The notes under the pieces were generated by a model, which had not been told where the DNA came from, did no database searches, and saw only the letters and a program-made list of their open reading frames with translations. A stretch of 64,000 bases of DNA from the human T2T-CHM13v2.0 reference genome, Homo sapiens, in the NCBI RefSeq assembly GCF_009914755.1, contig NC_060939.1. One strand, 5' to 3'. This document shows, one piece after another, positions 17,597-31,169 of the stretch. Positions within the stretch are counted from its first letter, which is position 1; each line of letters opens with the position of its first letter. A program made the translations under genes and the position numbers.

Positions 17597-17945
17597 ATAT
17601 GTTATATATACACATATGTATACATATATACATATATAACATATATAATATATGAATGGCAGCTTTATTGAGATATAATTCACATACTATACAATTCAAC
17701 AATTTAAAGTATACAATGTAATGGTTTTTGGTATATTCACATAGTAGTATCAATTTTAGATTTTTTATTGCCCCAAAAGAAACTCCATTCCCCTTAGCCA
17801 TTCCCCCCATCTCTGCCTCCTTACTCCTTCCCTCAGTCTCCTTTCCCCAGACCCTGGAAACCACTACTCTACTTTCTATGTCTGTGAATTTGCCTCTTCT
17901 GGACATTTCATATAAATGGAATCAGAATAGGTGGTCTTTTGTGGC
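16330..17945 (-). mobile_element. Old L1 (L1M) 3' fragments (about 16330-17120 and 17655-17945)
   Basis: cagctttattgagatataattcacatac...ccctggaaaccactactctactttctatgtctgtgaatttgcct.ttctggacatttcatataaatggaatc is the reversed L1M 3' UTR. Confidence 0.7.
17556..17652. repeat. (TA)17 followed by a degenerate TA/CA-rich tract
   Basis: Read directly from the sequence. Confidence 0.95.
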
Positions 17946-20900
17946 TGTCACTGCTTGTCCTAGCCAATGCTATACCAGCTTGACTTTGTGGCAGGAGGCA
18001 TCAGGGTATCCAGATAGACTTACTGTTTTAAAAGAAACAGCATTTCCAGGCTGGCTAGGACAGAGAAAACTACCTAGAACAATACTTTTCCTACCTGGTG
18101 GATCATCAGAATTACCTGGGAAGCTTAAAATGAAAGATTCCTGGCCCCTAATCTCTCCAGGAATTCAAATATGGTAGTTCCAGGGAGTCTGAGCTGCTTG
18201 GGATTTTTTTCAGTGCCACCAGTGATTCTAATGATTGTCTAGCTGTAAGCAGTGGGACTCAAGTTTTGAACAGAGGCATGAGAAGAAAATGGCATTTCCC
18301 TGCAGATGGGCTGTACCAGCTGCAGCTTCAAGTCCAGTGCCTCTTGTGGGAAAGGAGCCACTCCCTTGTCATTCGCCACATCTACACTGCAACGCTGGTT
18401 TATGTCAGACTATCATCTTTGACTCGGCATGACAACAGTGCATATTTGAAGGCCATCAAACCAATGATATTAGCCTTGTTTACGGTTTAGCTGGAAAATA
18501 TCTCCCATGTGGTATAGTAAGAAGAGCACTGAATTTGAATTCTGAAGCTCACCAGAGTGTTCCACTGACTAGTCTCAGGGCTACTGTGAGCACCCAGTGA
18601 GAGTGGCCATGAGAGGTGACACACTGCACAAGTCAGGGCACTGGAATCATGGGACAAGATGGGACCTTAGAGAATGTCTTGTCTGCCTGCCTCATTTCAT
18701 AGTAGAGAAAATGAGGCCCTGAGAGGTAAAGTTCTTCACTGAAGGTCATACGCCAGCTATTAGTAGTGTAGCCAGCACCAGGGTGTCCTAGCCTTTGCCT
18801 CCTTCTGTTTCTCACTGTGCCCTCCTTCCCTACATTGCTCTCTTTTGGGATCTGAGGAATCATATTCAATCACCTTTCATTTTCAGAAATGAGGAAACCC
18901 AGGCCTCGTTTGTCCATGGCTACAAAACTAATTGATTTATATTTGCTTTGGATGACTAGGAGTTAAAATAATGACAGGTGAAAAATCCAAGATGGCGTTT
19001 GTATACCGCTTTTAAGAGCAATCCACAGCAGATTCAAGTTTTGTGAGGCCTGAAACTCATGCAATTTGAAAACTTTTTTCAAGAAAAATAACACACAATT
19101 GCAAATGAAAAGTTAGGTTCCAGGCCTTGGAAGCAGTCTGCGCCCATGAGGGGCCCTCATTCACTTCACTATAAATCCACCTCCAGGAGCAGTAATAAAG
19201 AGATCCCTACTCATGTTTGTGCTGCTAGGTTCTTCTGTTTGTATAAATAGCATGTGTCCTGCTAAGTCACCTCCACTCTTATAAAATGGAGGCCATTCTG
19301 CCAACACATGTGTATTGAACATCTCTTTATCTGTAAGGAATACAGAAGGGAACCAAGAAAGGAAACTAAGCTACCATCTCTAACTCAGGAGATGAGGCAC
19401 AAAGGCAGAATGGAGGAATTCCCTCCCTGCTGTGGTCTGGGCCAGGGTGCCTATGGGAGCCCAGCCTCTAGGAGGTCTCCAGTTTTAATCTCAGATAATC
19501 TTCCTCTTGTAGTCATTCTTCTCCCTCTGCCTATCAAATGCAGATGTTGAGATGAGTAAACCCTTTGGGGTTTTTGGATGAAAAACTTTTCAAGATTTAC
19601 ATGACATTTTTGGGGTTGTGCCTACCCAAAAAAGTCTTATATCTCACATCACTGCCTTAGAAATGAATTAAAGGTGCATTTATCCATCAGGGCCACATTC
19701 CCCTAAAATGCACCTAATAGCACTGAAACAATTAGAATAACACAGGGATCCTGAATAATCCATGCCTCTTGTCAAGAAATTTTTTTCTATTTTTATTTTT
19801 GTAAAACAGCTTCCTTATCCAGTTGTGTTTAGTTTATTTAAACGATCACATCAGCATTAGGTTCTGGTTTGGGGTTTTTTTTTTTATTTGTTTGTTTAAG
19901 TCTCGTTTCTGACACTTTCTGAAAGATGCAACATGGAGATAGGCCAGGAGGGAAACTAGTTTTAGGGTGTTCTCATTACATTCATTTTATGTCATTTTTT
20001 ATTATTAGGTTTACATTATTGAATTCCTGTGGAGAAGAGGAGTCAGAGCTGTGAATAAGTCATAAGTCCCTATAGGTAAAATCAAGTACTATTTGTCTCT
20101 GATCAAAATTGCCCTTTCCATTGATAGGAGAAATGACTGGGCCTCCTTGTCATCCAGAGTTCATTTTGTTTTTCGTGGCAGTTTCACTGTCTTTGGGAAT
20201 TGAGCTTTTTGAAATGTTAAAGCACGAGAAGCATGAACACCTTGGCAGGGTTTGCAGTATCTCCTTCTAGTGCAGGATGGAGGGCTCCAGAGCTGGCAAT
20301 TTGAGGAATGGCTGGTGGCTTCTGATGTCACCTGCCACTCATGTGTCCCTCCCTGTTTTGAATCATGGATCTCAAACATCCTCAAAAGCTCTTCCCTGGT
20401 AATTTCAAAACTCTGAACAAATCAATCCTAAGAAAAAATAAACAAACATGCAGAAGAGCAGAAGGATATTTAGGATATGGTTCTAATTAAAATTTTTAAG
20501 TTTTCCTTTTTCAAAATCCTGTATGAGCTATTAAATAGGGAAAAACAAACTTCTGAGTAGGAAAGAAATAAAGGCCATTACCCTTAGAGATTTTGAATCT
20601 TACAATAAACAAATAGGTCTTCTTTTCCCCGAATGTTTCTTCTTATCAACACAAGGGAGTTGAGTGATGGCTACAGCTCTAAAATACTGAACATGGCTGC
20701 CTACTGAATTCAGCATACATACGTAGGGATATGTTACATAAGATGCACATACATACTTTATTTCTATTAGCCTGTGAAACAGTGAACATGCCTGCTCTTA
20801 TAAAGCTTCTAGTAAAGGAACTACAAAAGAAACACATCTACTGGGCATTCTCACACTGGCTGAGGTAGGTTGGAACCATCTGGATTCTTGCCTGTGGCAT

Positions 20901-21414
20901 AGTTAACCTCGTGACTATCCAGTTTTCCAATTATCCAGGCCCATTTACCTCTGCTCCCACTCAGCGAGCCCTTTGGCTATTTCTCTGTTCATTGGCACCT
21001 AAAGTCAAGGAGAAAGAAATGAACATTTATTAAGTGCTATGTTTGTACCAGTTAATCTTCTCAATGAAGTATTATTATCACCCCTGTTTTACAGAGAAGG
21101 AAACTAATATTCAAAGAGGTAAGATAACTTGTTCAGGACCACATATGTTTTTAAGTATAGAGCTCATGCATTATAAAGTGACCACCCTAGCTAACATTTA
21201 TTAAGCACAATATTTGCCAGAATTCTTGCAAAAAGCCTTACAAGGACTATTTTATTTTATCCTCATACCAACGGCTTAAGGATGGTATTACTTAAGTATT
21301 CTTGTTTTACAGATGAGGTCATACAGCTAAGGTGATGAGGCCAATATTCAAACTCAAGCATCTGGATTGCAGGCTGCACTTTTGATCGCCATGTCTAGCC
21401 TCCTCTATACACCT

Positions 21415-21726
21415 GCTCTGACCGATTTGGTATTCACCACGCCCAAGAGGCTACTGAACACCTGAAATATGGCTGGCTGGAGTTGTGATGTACTCTAAGT
21501 ATAAACTACACACCCTATTTGGAAGACAGTATGCAAAAAAGAATATAAAAAGTCTCTTTGGCAATTCTTTATATCAATTACATGTTGAAATGATAATTTG
21601 GATATATTGGGATTAAAAATTATTAAATTTAATTTCACTATTTCTTTTTACTTTTTGAAGTGAGAAGACTAGACAATTTAAAATTACAAATGTAGTTCAT
21701 ATTCTATTTCTATAGAACAGCACTGC
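21415..21726. mobile_element. MER33/MER3-like hAT MITE
   Basis: catgttgaaatgataatttggatatattggg...ctagacaatttaaaattacaaatgtag...aacagcactg. Confidence 0.7.
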
Positions 21727-21991
21727 TATATACTATTTTAAAATAATATATAAAGGGGACTAGAACTGACTCAGGCCAACATTATTTTTCATCAATAGTT
21801 CTAGTTAAAAATTTGGTTGGAAGTGGGTGGATGGGAAGGTTGAAGCCCATTTTTAAAGATAAGTTTGGTGTTTTTATGAATTTGAGTTATGTGTGCTTTC
21901 TTCACCCGTTTTACCATGTGTGGGTAAGAGACTTGCCATTTTTAAGAATCAGAAGAATTCTGTGAGGTGTATTTCCAGTGTCTGTGTGTAG

Positions 21992-22530
<539 letters not shown>

Positions 22531-25500
22531 TAAAAGAGAGAAATTGGGAATATTTGTATGAGATGGGAAACCACAGGCCAGGAAAGCATTACCAAAGGGT
22601 TGTAGAGGATTTAGTCTGGGCCCCTCCCCAACGTACACACCACGTGCCTTCTCCTCTCGAGGCTAGAATTAACCCTCACCCCACCACCAGCTGCCAAAAA
22701 ATAGTAGTAGCTGCTGGGAACTCAGAAACAGAAAAGAATTTTCTATGAGATTACTGTCTAAAACAAATGTTTATTCTAGCCATTTATAAAGAACACTTAT
22801 GGATTTACAGCAGCTTAGGATAGTGAAAAAGAAGTAGAGGAATGGTAATTAATTCAGGTACGAATTTGTAAGGCCAAGTGAGAATCACGTTCCTTGTCGT
22901 GGCCCAAAAGGCCTTGTCAGACTCAGATGGAGTCTCCTCATTTTAGTCTACAGACATATGGGTGGAAGTGACATGATGGAATAATTACATTCCCAAGCCG
23001 TGTACCCAAAATCTGTGCTAGGACCACTCCCCTGGCCAGTGCGGAACCAGGTCAGCTGGTGGAAGGGGCTCTGAATGGGCACAGCGCTGCCAGGCCCTGC
23101 CACTCCCACCTCATCCCATCCAGAATGGGTCCAACACAGTTCCTGCTAACCCTTATCCACACCTCCTCAACCATAGTCCCCAGTGACCTGCTTCCTCTGT
23201 GAAGCCCAGGCTGACTGGAAGGTGACCCTCAACAGAAACCATCAGAGAGCTTTGGGTCTGGGGCGGAGGGTCACCTCCACTCTCACGGTGGTGTCTTGGT
23301 GTTAATGTCATCTGTTGGCTCAGCCATTCATTGCTTCTCTCTTCCCTAAGCTCCTGCAGATCTCCTTTACTCGTTTCTTAAGTGTAGGAAGCTATCTCCT
23401 TGGATGCTGGGTCACTAATTATAAACTTCCTATGCATTTACCTGGCTCTGGTTTGGCCCCTAATGTCTTTATTTCTGCCTGCAGGATTGTCATTGCCATT
23501 GCCCCTTTTCCTTACCTGGGAACCCGACATACTCTGCTTATCCCTTGAGCTGGCACACCAGGGGGCCTGGAATTCCTGTTGGTGAAGTCACTACTTTAAG
23601 AGAATTATCCCAGAAATCCTCTAAGTTGCAAATCCTACAGGAGCAGAGTACTACATGTTAATTAGCACTCATTATCATGTTAGTAGAGAAGCTTACCCAA
23701 AGGAATGATACATAGGACCTGCTATGTCATTGAGAACAGAGAGGTGGGGCTCAGGTTCTGGACAAATGATGTCATAAGTAAGTGTAGTTTCAGAAAGGAA
23801 GATGAAGTGGGAGCTTTAGATAATTGGAGGCGGTAGGCCTGTATATGGAACCAGATGCTAGAGAGCCCAAGTCCATATTTTTACTTTTTCACAGTTTTGT
23901 GTCCATATCCTCACCGAATCCCAACCACCACCACCACAGTTCTATATCCCGTTATTTTTTCAATAATAACTGATACCTCAACTTAAGCTCCACTCTGACC
24001 CTCAGCTAAGCCATATAATTTCAGCAAGAATTATAAAATAAAGTTTTTAAAGGACAAACATGAGCCTTAACCTTAGTATAAAGACATGCTTAGCCTTCAT
24101 ACAAATTGCCAAGTTGAGACTTCATTTCAGACGGCAAATAAAAGTTACATGAAGGAGCTAAAAGTGCTATTGCAAATTACCTATTTGAAACGGCTTTTTC
24201 AAAACCTGCTAAATTCACACCTCTCCTAAAAATGCTTCACTTCCAGATTATTTTATTTTGGGGTTTTGTGTGTATGTGTTAGAGGGGGTGGGGTTTGTGG
24301 TGACTACAGAAAAATTAGTTAAATTCATAGGATAAAATTTGAACTTTTGCAAATGAGTAAACAGCCAAAACAAACACCGCTTCAGAAAAAAAAAAAAATA
24401 CACGTTTTCTCCTTTTGAAAAGCAAGCAATGCTTAAGCAAAATACCTTAAAAGTTAACTAAAAAGCTTTTCTAAAATAAACAACTCTGCTTGTGATCCTA
24501 AATTGGGACCACATGTAGATGTGAAAGCTACAAATGCAGTGCACTCAGAATTTGTGTCTCTGCCTTCACTGTTTGCGTGCCTCTGAGTAGATGATGATAA
24601 TGTTGGCTTTGGTCCCCAAGGAGCCTGAGTTTTTTAGATCCTAGTATGAGGGGGAAAAGCAGAAGAAGAAAGAGAAGGAATGAAAACAAATGCCTTTCAA
24701 GACAAAATATCCGAATGGGTTTCATTTTGCTTATCTGCCAACAGGCTCAACCCAATTTAGATCTCTCCTACAAGGACAGGATAGTGCCAGCCAGGGTGTC
24801 TGCCCTTGCCGGCTATGTGGGGCAGTCCCTGTGAGGGACCAGGCTCGAATTCAGAGCAGAAGGATCACTCTAGCAAACTGCCAGGGCCAGCCCTCTGCCC
24901 TGAGGCAAGTCAATGAATTAGCCAATTCAGCACAGATAGAATCATTCCTTTGTTTTCCTCAATTACCAAATGCTGTGTGCTTTGGGGGTCACTTGTCATG
25001 TGAGTTTAGAGAATGTGGATATTGCAACATAAACCCTCACCATTCTAAACAGCTTAAACTAAATTCTGTTACTGGGGAGGAGAGCTGAGGTGATAATATC
25101 CATCTCTAAGTATAAACTATTGTGTGTTCATTTTCCCATTATGGGAGACAAATTTCTCTTCTCCGCTAGTGCTCATGATCTCTTCCACCAGGCACAAACA
25201 TCAGATGTGTGTTTATGTGGACATATTTTGTCCCCTATTATTGGAGAGCAAGCTCCTTGAGAGAAGGGATTATGCTGCCTGGATTTGTAACTTTGTTAGG
25301 CAAAGCATGACTTTATTTAGTTTTGAATTGATGAGGAGGCACTGATGTTAGTAAAAAGCTCAAATGTCCTGAGCCCTGTTGCTCAATACCTCAAACACAG
25401 GACCATGATCACCACAATGAAAAATATGCAGGATCATTAATTTCGGCTCTGTTAATTGTGCTGTTAGGAAATGTTGACTAGATAGGAAAAGCAGCTAACG

Positions 25501-26279
25501 TTCATGGAGTGCTTATTACATACCAGGTACTGAGGTAAGCATTTTACATACAGTATCCGATTTGTATCCTCCCACAAGCATGTTATCCCCGGGTTAAAAG
25601 GGGAGGAATTGGGGTCCAGTGAGATTGGGAGGTTATGAGAATCCCACAGTGTGTGGCAGAATGTGGACTTGAACTCAGGGCCCTAACAACAGGAAGCTAT
25701 AAAAGCCTCTTTGTATAAAAAGTGCTCTCTTTCTGTGGGTCCTCAGTAAATGAAAATATTTGCTTTTCATAAATAGGTTTGAATGTTGGGACCCTCATTT
25801 CTCACCAGGAGTCAAGGCCAAAAGGTCTTATAAATAAGAGTGAATTTTGAGAAAGGATGTGTGAAAATGACTCTGTTCTTTTCTTTTATCTCACTTCAGT
25901 TACTTGGGATGGAGGAAGCAGAAACTGGGAGTCAGACATCTAAAATATGAAGTTCCACCCTCATGTTGGCCATTTCTTTCAGCCTCCTTTCCCCATTCCT
26001 AGGGGCCAATCTGTTTCTCCCTCTCCTGCTCTTTCTCTTTGCCTCTGTCTTCTTCTTTCCTGTGGAGACAATAGCGTGTGGTGGAACTGCCTGAGTGCTT
26101 ACTGAGAAGGAGAAACCAAGCGCAGATTGTACAGAAGCTGACGAATGAGTCCTCTGATTGTGGACAAGTGATGGCGCTTTTTGTAAAATTGTGTATGTGT
26201 TTACCTCAAGTAGTGAAAAAAAAAAAAGAAAAAACAACTTTTGGGGCAAGTTGGACCTTAGGAAGGAGATTTCTGGGTC

Positions 26280-27220
26280 TCGGGGTTTCTCTTAGCCCCC
26301 AGTGCCTGGTGCCTGCGGCCGGTGTCGCCTCAGGGAGTCCCAGGCTGTTCTGTGGCCTCCAGAAGGAGCCACCCCGCCCCTTCCTCGCCCCACTCCGCTT
26401 TGCCTTCCCTTAGCCTGGGGAGCCTTGCCGCCTCTCCACCTTCTCTCCTGGTCTCCTCGGGCGCTCTCGCGCTGGCACCTTCAGCTCTGTCAGAGTCTGA
26501 GGGGAAACCAAAGGAGGCCAGGCGGTGTCTGGAATGCCCCATCCGACTGCTTCAGGCTCCCAGACCGCTGACAAAAGGAAAACTGGTCCGTCGCTTTCTG
26601 AATGATGTATCGAGACCGCAGTGTATTTTTAGCATCTGCTGTTTGTGGTAACATAAGTGAAAACTGCTGGACCCGTTCCCTTCAGCTGAATGGCTGGTAT
26701 TCAGGGGCCTGTGCCCGCTCCCTGCCAGACGCTCCTCACAGAACTCCCTTTTTACGAGGTGGGCGACTGGCTCCCTGGCACCAGGCTGCCCCACCACAAT
26801 TCTTTATTGCCCAGCGCCAGTGCCCAATTGCATGAATCCCCAGGGCTGCAGGCAGCGTGAGGGGTGCGAATGGGACGATGCTGGCTGCGGGCTTGTCAGG
26901 GTGTTCCCAAGTTGTGTGGCAGAGTCTGGAGGGCAGGGGTTGTCCGGATGTTCCAAACCTCCAGCGTGAGGTGGGCACTCAGGTGCGAAGGAACCATGGT
27001 GGCGAGGCCCACAGGTGGCGTCCCATCCCAGAGCCATTTTGCCGGGGCCTGGCTCTGCAGTAGTCACTGACACCGGAGATCCCCTGAGTGACCTGGAAAC
27101 TATGAGAGACCCCAGGTACCCCGACAGGTCATTCTACTAACTGGCTGTGGAGCTCCAGCTCATCTTTGGAAGACGGAAACGCACTGGAAAGGGTATGAAT
27201 GGACGCAGAAGGCCTCGTGG
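26280..27220. promoter_or_regulatory. GC- and CpG-enriched intronic element (weak CpG island; candidate enhancer or internal/antisense promoter)
   Basis: About 40 CpGs by hand count in about 940 bp of apparently non-repeat DNA; GC box CCCCGCCCC at 26372-26380. Confidence 0.55.
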
Positions 27221-27914
27221 GGGCTCTCTCAGTGCCACTGTAGAGTGAACACAGGGCTGGAATCCAAAATAGCACCAACTTGCTGAGTGGCTTTAGGCAA
27301 GAAACCTTTCCCCAGGTCTCACTTTCTCACTTAGAATGATGAATAGTGATTCTTGTCCTACTGACCTCACTAGGACGTTTTTAATAAGGATGAAAGCACT
27401 TTGAAACTGTTGAAACCATAACATCACAAAAAAAAAAAAAAAAAAAAGAGAGAGAGTGACGAAGTAACGCAGGTCCCATTTATGTTCTTAATTTCTGACC
27501 AACCTTAACTTCCATCAAAACTGCTTCCACTAGCCCCAGCCAGGAGAGCCGTTGCATCGTGGTGGGACATCATCAGGCTCTCCAACGGACATCGCTTATA
27601 CTATGAGAACTCACGTTCAAGGGAGGTGTTTACCTCTAATTCCCACAGAACTAGCGTAAGTAAAAAATGGGGCAGCAGGATCCTTTCCTTGCAAAGTGTG
27701 AGCAAGTGCCTCTGTAGAGTAAAACTTTAAGTAAAAGGACTACAACGGCAGTGACAGCTCCTTTATCTGAAACTGCAGACTTTTAAGAAGGTTCTTAGCA
27801 GCCACACCGATGTCACAAATTCCATAAAGCAAGATCACCTAGGCACTCTCTCGGAGCTAATTTTATCTCATTTTATATATAATTTTAATAAGCCTGGCTC
27901 TCTCATTTTCTAGC

Positions 27915-28039
27915 CCCTTATTACTGAAAATGTGGCTCATGGACCAGCAGCATCTGCACTATCTGGGAGCTTGTGAGGAATGCAGAATCTCAGGCCCCAC
28001 CCTTCACCTTGAATCAGAATCCACATTTGGATAAGATCC

Positions 28040-28041
<2 letters not shown>
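27915..28041. mobile_element. MER5A-like hAT MITE fragment
   Basis: ggaccagcagcatc...tgggagcttgtgaggaatgcagaatctcaggccccaccc...gaatcagaatc. Confidence 0.75.

Positions 28042-28081
<40 letters not shown>
28042..28081. repeat. (GT)20 microsatellite
   Basis: Read directly from the sequence. Confidence 0.97.
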
Positions 28082-28082
<1 letters not shown>

Positions 28083-28247
28083 GTGCGGGGGAGGGTAAAA
28101 TTAGAAGAGACTTGCAGGGCCTAGGCGCACTCTCAATTTATTGTATTTCATTATGGAAAGGATTTGGGATGACTAGAATTAATAACTTAGAAGGAGTGAG
28201 GTGACAAAGAACATTAAAAACTATTGCATCTGGGACCATTTAATATA

Positions 28248-28536
28248 GGTTTGTTTGTTTGTTTGTTTTGAGACGGAGTCTCACTTTGCCGCCCAGGCTG
28301 GAGTGCAGTGGCATGATCTCGGTTCACTGCAACCTCTACTCCCCAAGTTCAAGTGATTCTCCTGCCTCAGCCTCCTGAGTAGTTGGGATTACAGGCGCCT
28401 GCCTGTAATTGTATTTTTAGTAGAAATGGGGTTTCACCATCTTGGCCAGGCTGGTCTTGAACTCCTAACCTTGTGATCCACCCGCCTCTGCCTCCCAAAG
28501 TGCTGGCATTATAGGTGTGAGCCACCGCACCCGGCC
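28248..28536 (-). mobile_element. AluS-type SINE with a deletion at the linker
   Basis: Alu consensus, (GTTT)n tail, TSD-like CCATTTAATA. Confidence 0.95.
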
Positions 28537-31169
28537 CATTTAATACAGTTTTATATCCGAATGCCCTTTAATACTCTGAGAATACACTGTTACAACACTG
28601 TATAGTCATTGATATTCCCAGTAATAGTCCCAAATTATCAAGAACAGGCAAAGTCATATTCTCCTGCTGTTTAAAGTATTTACCTAATGTTCATAGTGGA
28701 AAATTCTCCTTTAAAATGGTTAAATAAATCTTGATCTTAAACCGATGCTTCAGTGATCTGAATACTACATGAAACAGCACGTTCTCTCTAAAGAGATAAG
28801 TGAGATGGTACTATAATCGGAAACCTCTGTTAATTCGGATTTTGTTTTTTATGCACATTTTAGAGAGTCAAATTATATCAAGATAAAATATGATAACAGA
28901 GATTTACTCTAAAATTAAACAATGAAAAAAACCCTACCAGTGCAACAAAAAGGCCATGGCTGTTCAGAGCCAAGTAAAACTTTGGGGGTCAGAAGGTATT
29001 TAATTTTCATATTTCTGTTTACTAGGTACTAACAACTGATCTTCAAAATCATAGAGACAGGAAAATGGATTTGAAACCCAAGGGAGTTTTTAAGTAACCA
29101 GAAAAGTTAGTGCCCTCTTCTGGACAAGCGATCATTGGAGTTGTTAGAGGTTGTCCTTGGGAGTGCTGTTGGGGGCTTTGTTAACACCGAACAAGACCAT
29201 GAGTGGCAAAACTTGGAGCTGAGGTTGATCAGGTCTCCAAGGCCAGGGAGAGACTCAAACCAACCAGGTCAACTTCCCAGCTGAATTGCCAACCTCAAAG
29301 GGATACGTACAGAAGGGAGAATTGGAGGCACATAGCAGAGGGTGAGAATGCAGAGAAGAGCAGGATGCGGTCAAAAGATTGGCAGATTTTTATGGAGGGT
29401 TCCAGCACAGGCCAAGAAAGAGATTTAAGGGTTCTGACTCAAATAAGACCAACTGTCCTTCTTTCTCATTCCCTTGACAATTACATCTGAGTGCAACTTT
29501 ATTGCCATGGCAATACAAAGAAAGTCTACCAATGATTTGATATCTAGAGCTTAGAAATAAACAGCTGCATGGTACCAATTTTATTATATAAAGCAAAGTT
29601 TATATAAACGCAACTGGGCTTAAAACTCATTTGGCAAGAATTAAATATTTTCCATTTATTCTAGAGACATTTTTAGAGTGCCATGGCTGTGGTGGAAACA
29701 TAAATAAAGCATCATCACAGGACAGGATTAATTAATTGCCTGAAATAATTTCAAAGCTGTAAGTGAAAGATCCTATCTTTATTAATGGTATTCTTTTCTC
29801 AAATCAGATTTTGAAACCTCACAAGCTTTTGACTCATCTCTCTCCTGTGCACTGCTAGAAATCTTATTTAACTCATGTTGCAGCCACCCTAATTCCAATC
29901 CTTGTCACTTCACTCCTGAGTTTCAGCAACACTCTTAGAGAAGAACTTCTTAATTTCTCTCCAACCTAGCTTTGTACAATGGTCTGTTCTCTATACCACC
30001 ATCTATTGTCTATACTACAATACATTATGTTGGGAATATATCTTATTATGTACTACTGGCTTATTGTGTTAGTCATGGGTAACCAACTAGAATGAAGAAC
30101 GAACTAGAGAACAGGAACTATGTCTTTCACATTTATGTCGTCTATAGCACCTAACGTAATTATTGCTACACAGTATGTTGCTACAGGGAGTCTTCCGTGG
30201 CCTAGATCTGGGCTAGATACTTCTCCTCTACACAACTGTGACACACTGCCGTATCCTGGTTACATTATCAGTGCATTACAACTGGCTGTATTACGTTTGT
30301 TTCTTTTTGTTTCTCTATGAACTATGAGAGCAGAGCCTACATTTATCTGGTTCATCACTGACCCTCTAGTACCTAGCCCAGGTTTTGATTATATATTATG
30401 TGCTCAATGCATATTTTTAGATTATTTGTTGTTGGTTAGTGCAGTAAGATAGTTAAGGAGGCTGGGATGAATAGACCAAATGGCATCCATAGCATCATAT
30501 TATTTTGTTTGACTTGGCTTCAGGTACAATAGATCAATATAACCTAAATATTATAATGAACCAGATAACTGCATTTGGCCCTTTGCAACTGTATAATATT
30601 AAAATTATTATATTTTCTATACCTGTTTAATTGTCTATAAAATTCTAGCTCCTGGAGTGCAAAGGACAGCATTTTTTACTTCTGCATATCTCCCTCAGTT
30701 CCTACCTCAGTGAGTGTTTCTTGATCTGACATCATTAAATGCAGTTTAAAAAGAGTCTGTGTTCTAATCTGTCTGCTTAGTGCTAAACATCTGTTGCTTC
30801 CTAACAAGTGCTGCATTCATTTTAATGGCACTGGTGCACAGAGGTAAACGGAGCTTTGGCAGGCCTTCCATAAGAGAAACTGTTTGCTTCCTTCATTAAT
30901 TACTAATGGAGCATTAAGACACGCATTCTGCCTTGAGCCAAGTTGGATAATTCCTGGCACTTAATGCTAGGGTGCTTTCAAAAGTTGAGACATGTACTGA
31001 CACACCAGAGAGCCTGCCCTATAGCAAGCACAGTGGTGTCTATAGTGCCAACATTATATAAAGCTTCAAATATATCAATACCAAGTGTACTGATATGTCT
31101 AACCTTTGCATCTATTGGGTTAATGTGGAATCATAGGTATCCCTACACTAGCTCTGAAGGTAGCTATCA

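Noticed and set aside
17147-18177. Longest ORFs (178, 142 and 149 aa)
   Set aside because: They run through (TA)n (YIYIYI) and an L1 3' UTR fragment, so they are low-complexity artefacts.
26581-26602. REST/RE1 site (also half-sites near 780 and 39240)
   Set aside because: Only partial matches; spacing and the second half-site do not fit the RE1 consensus.
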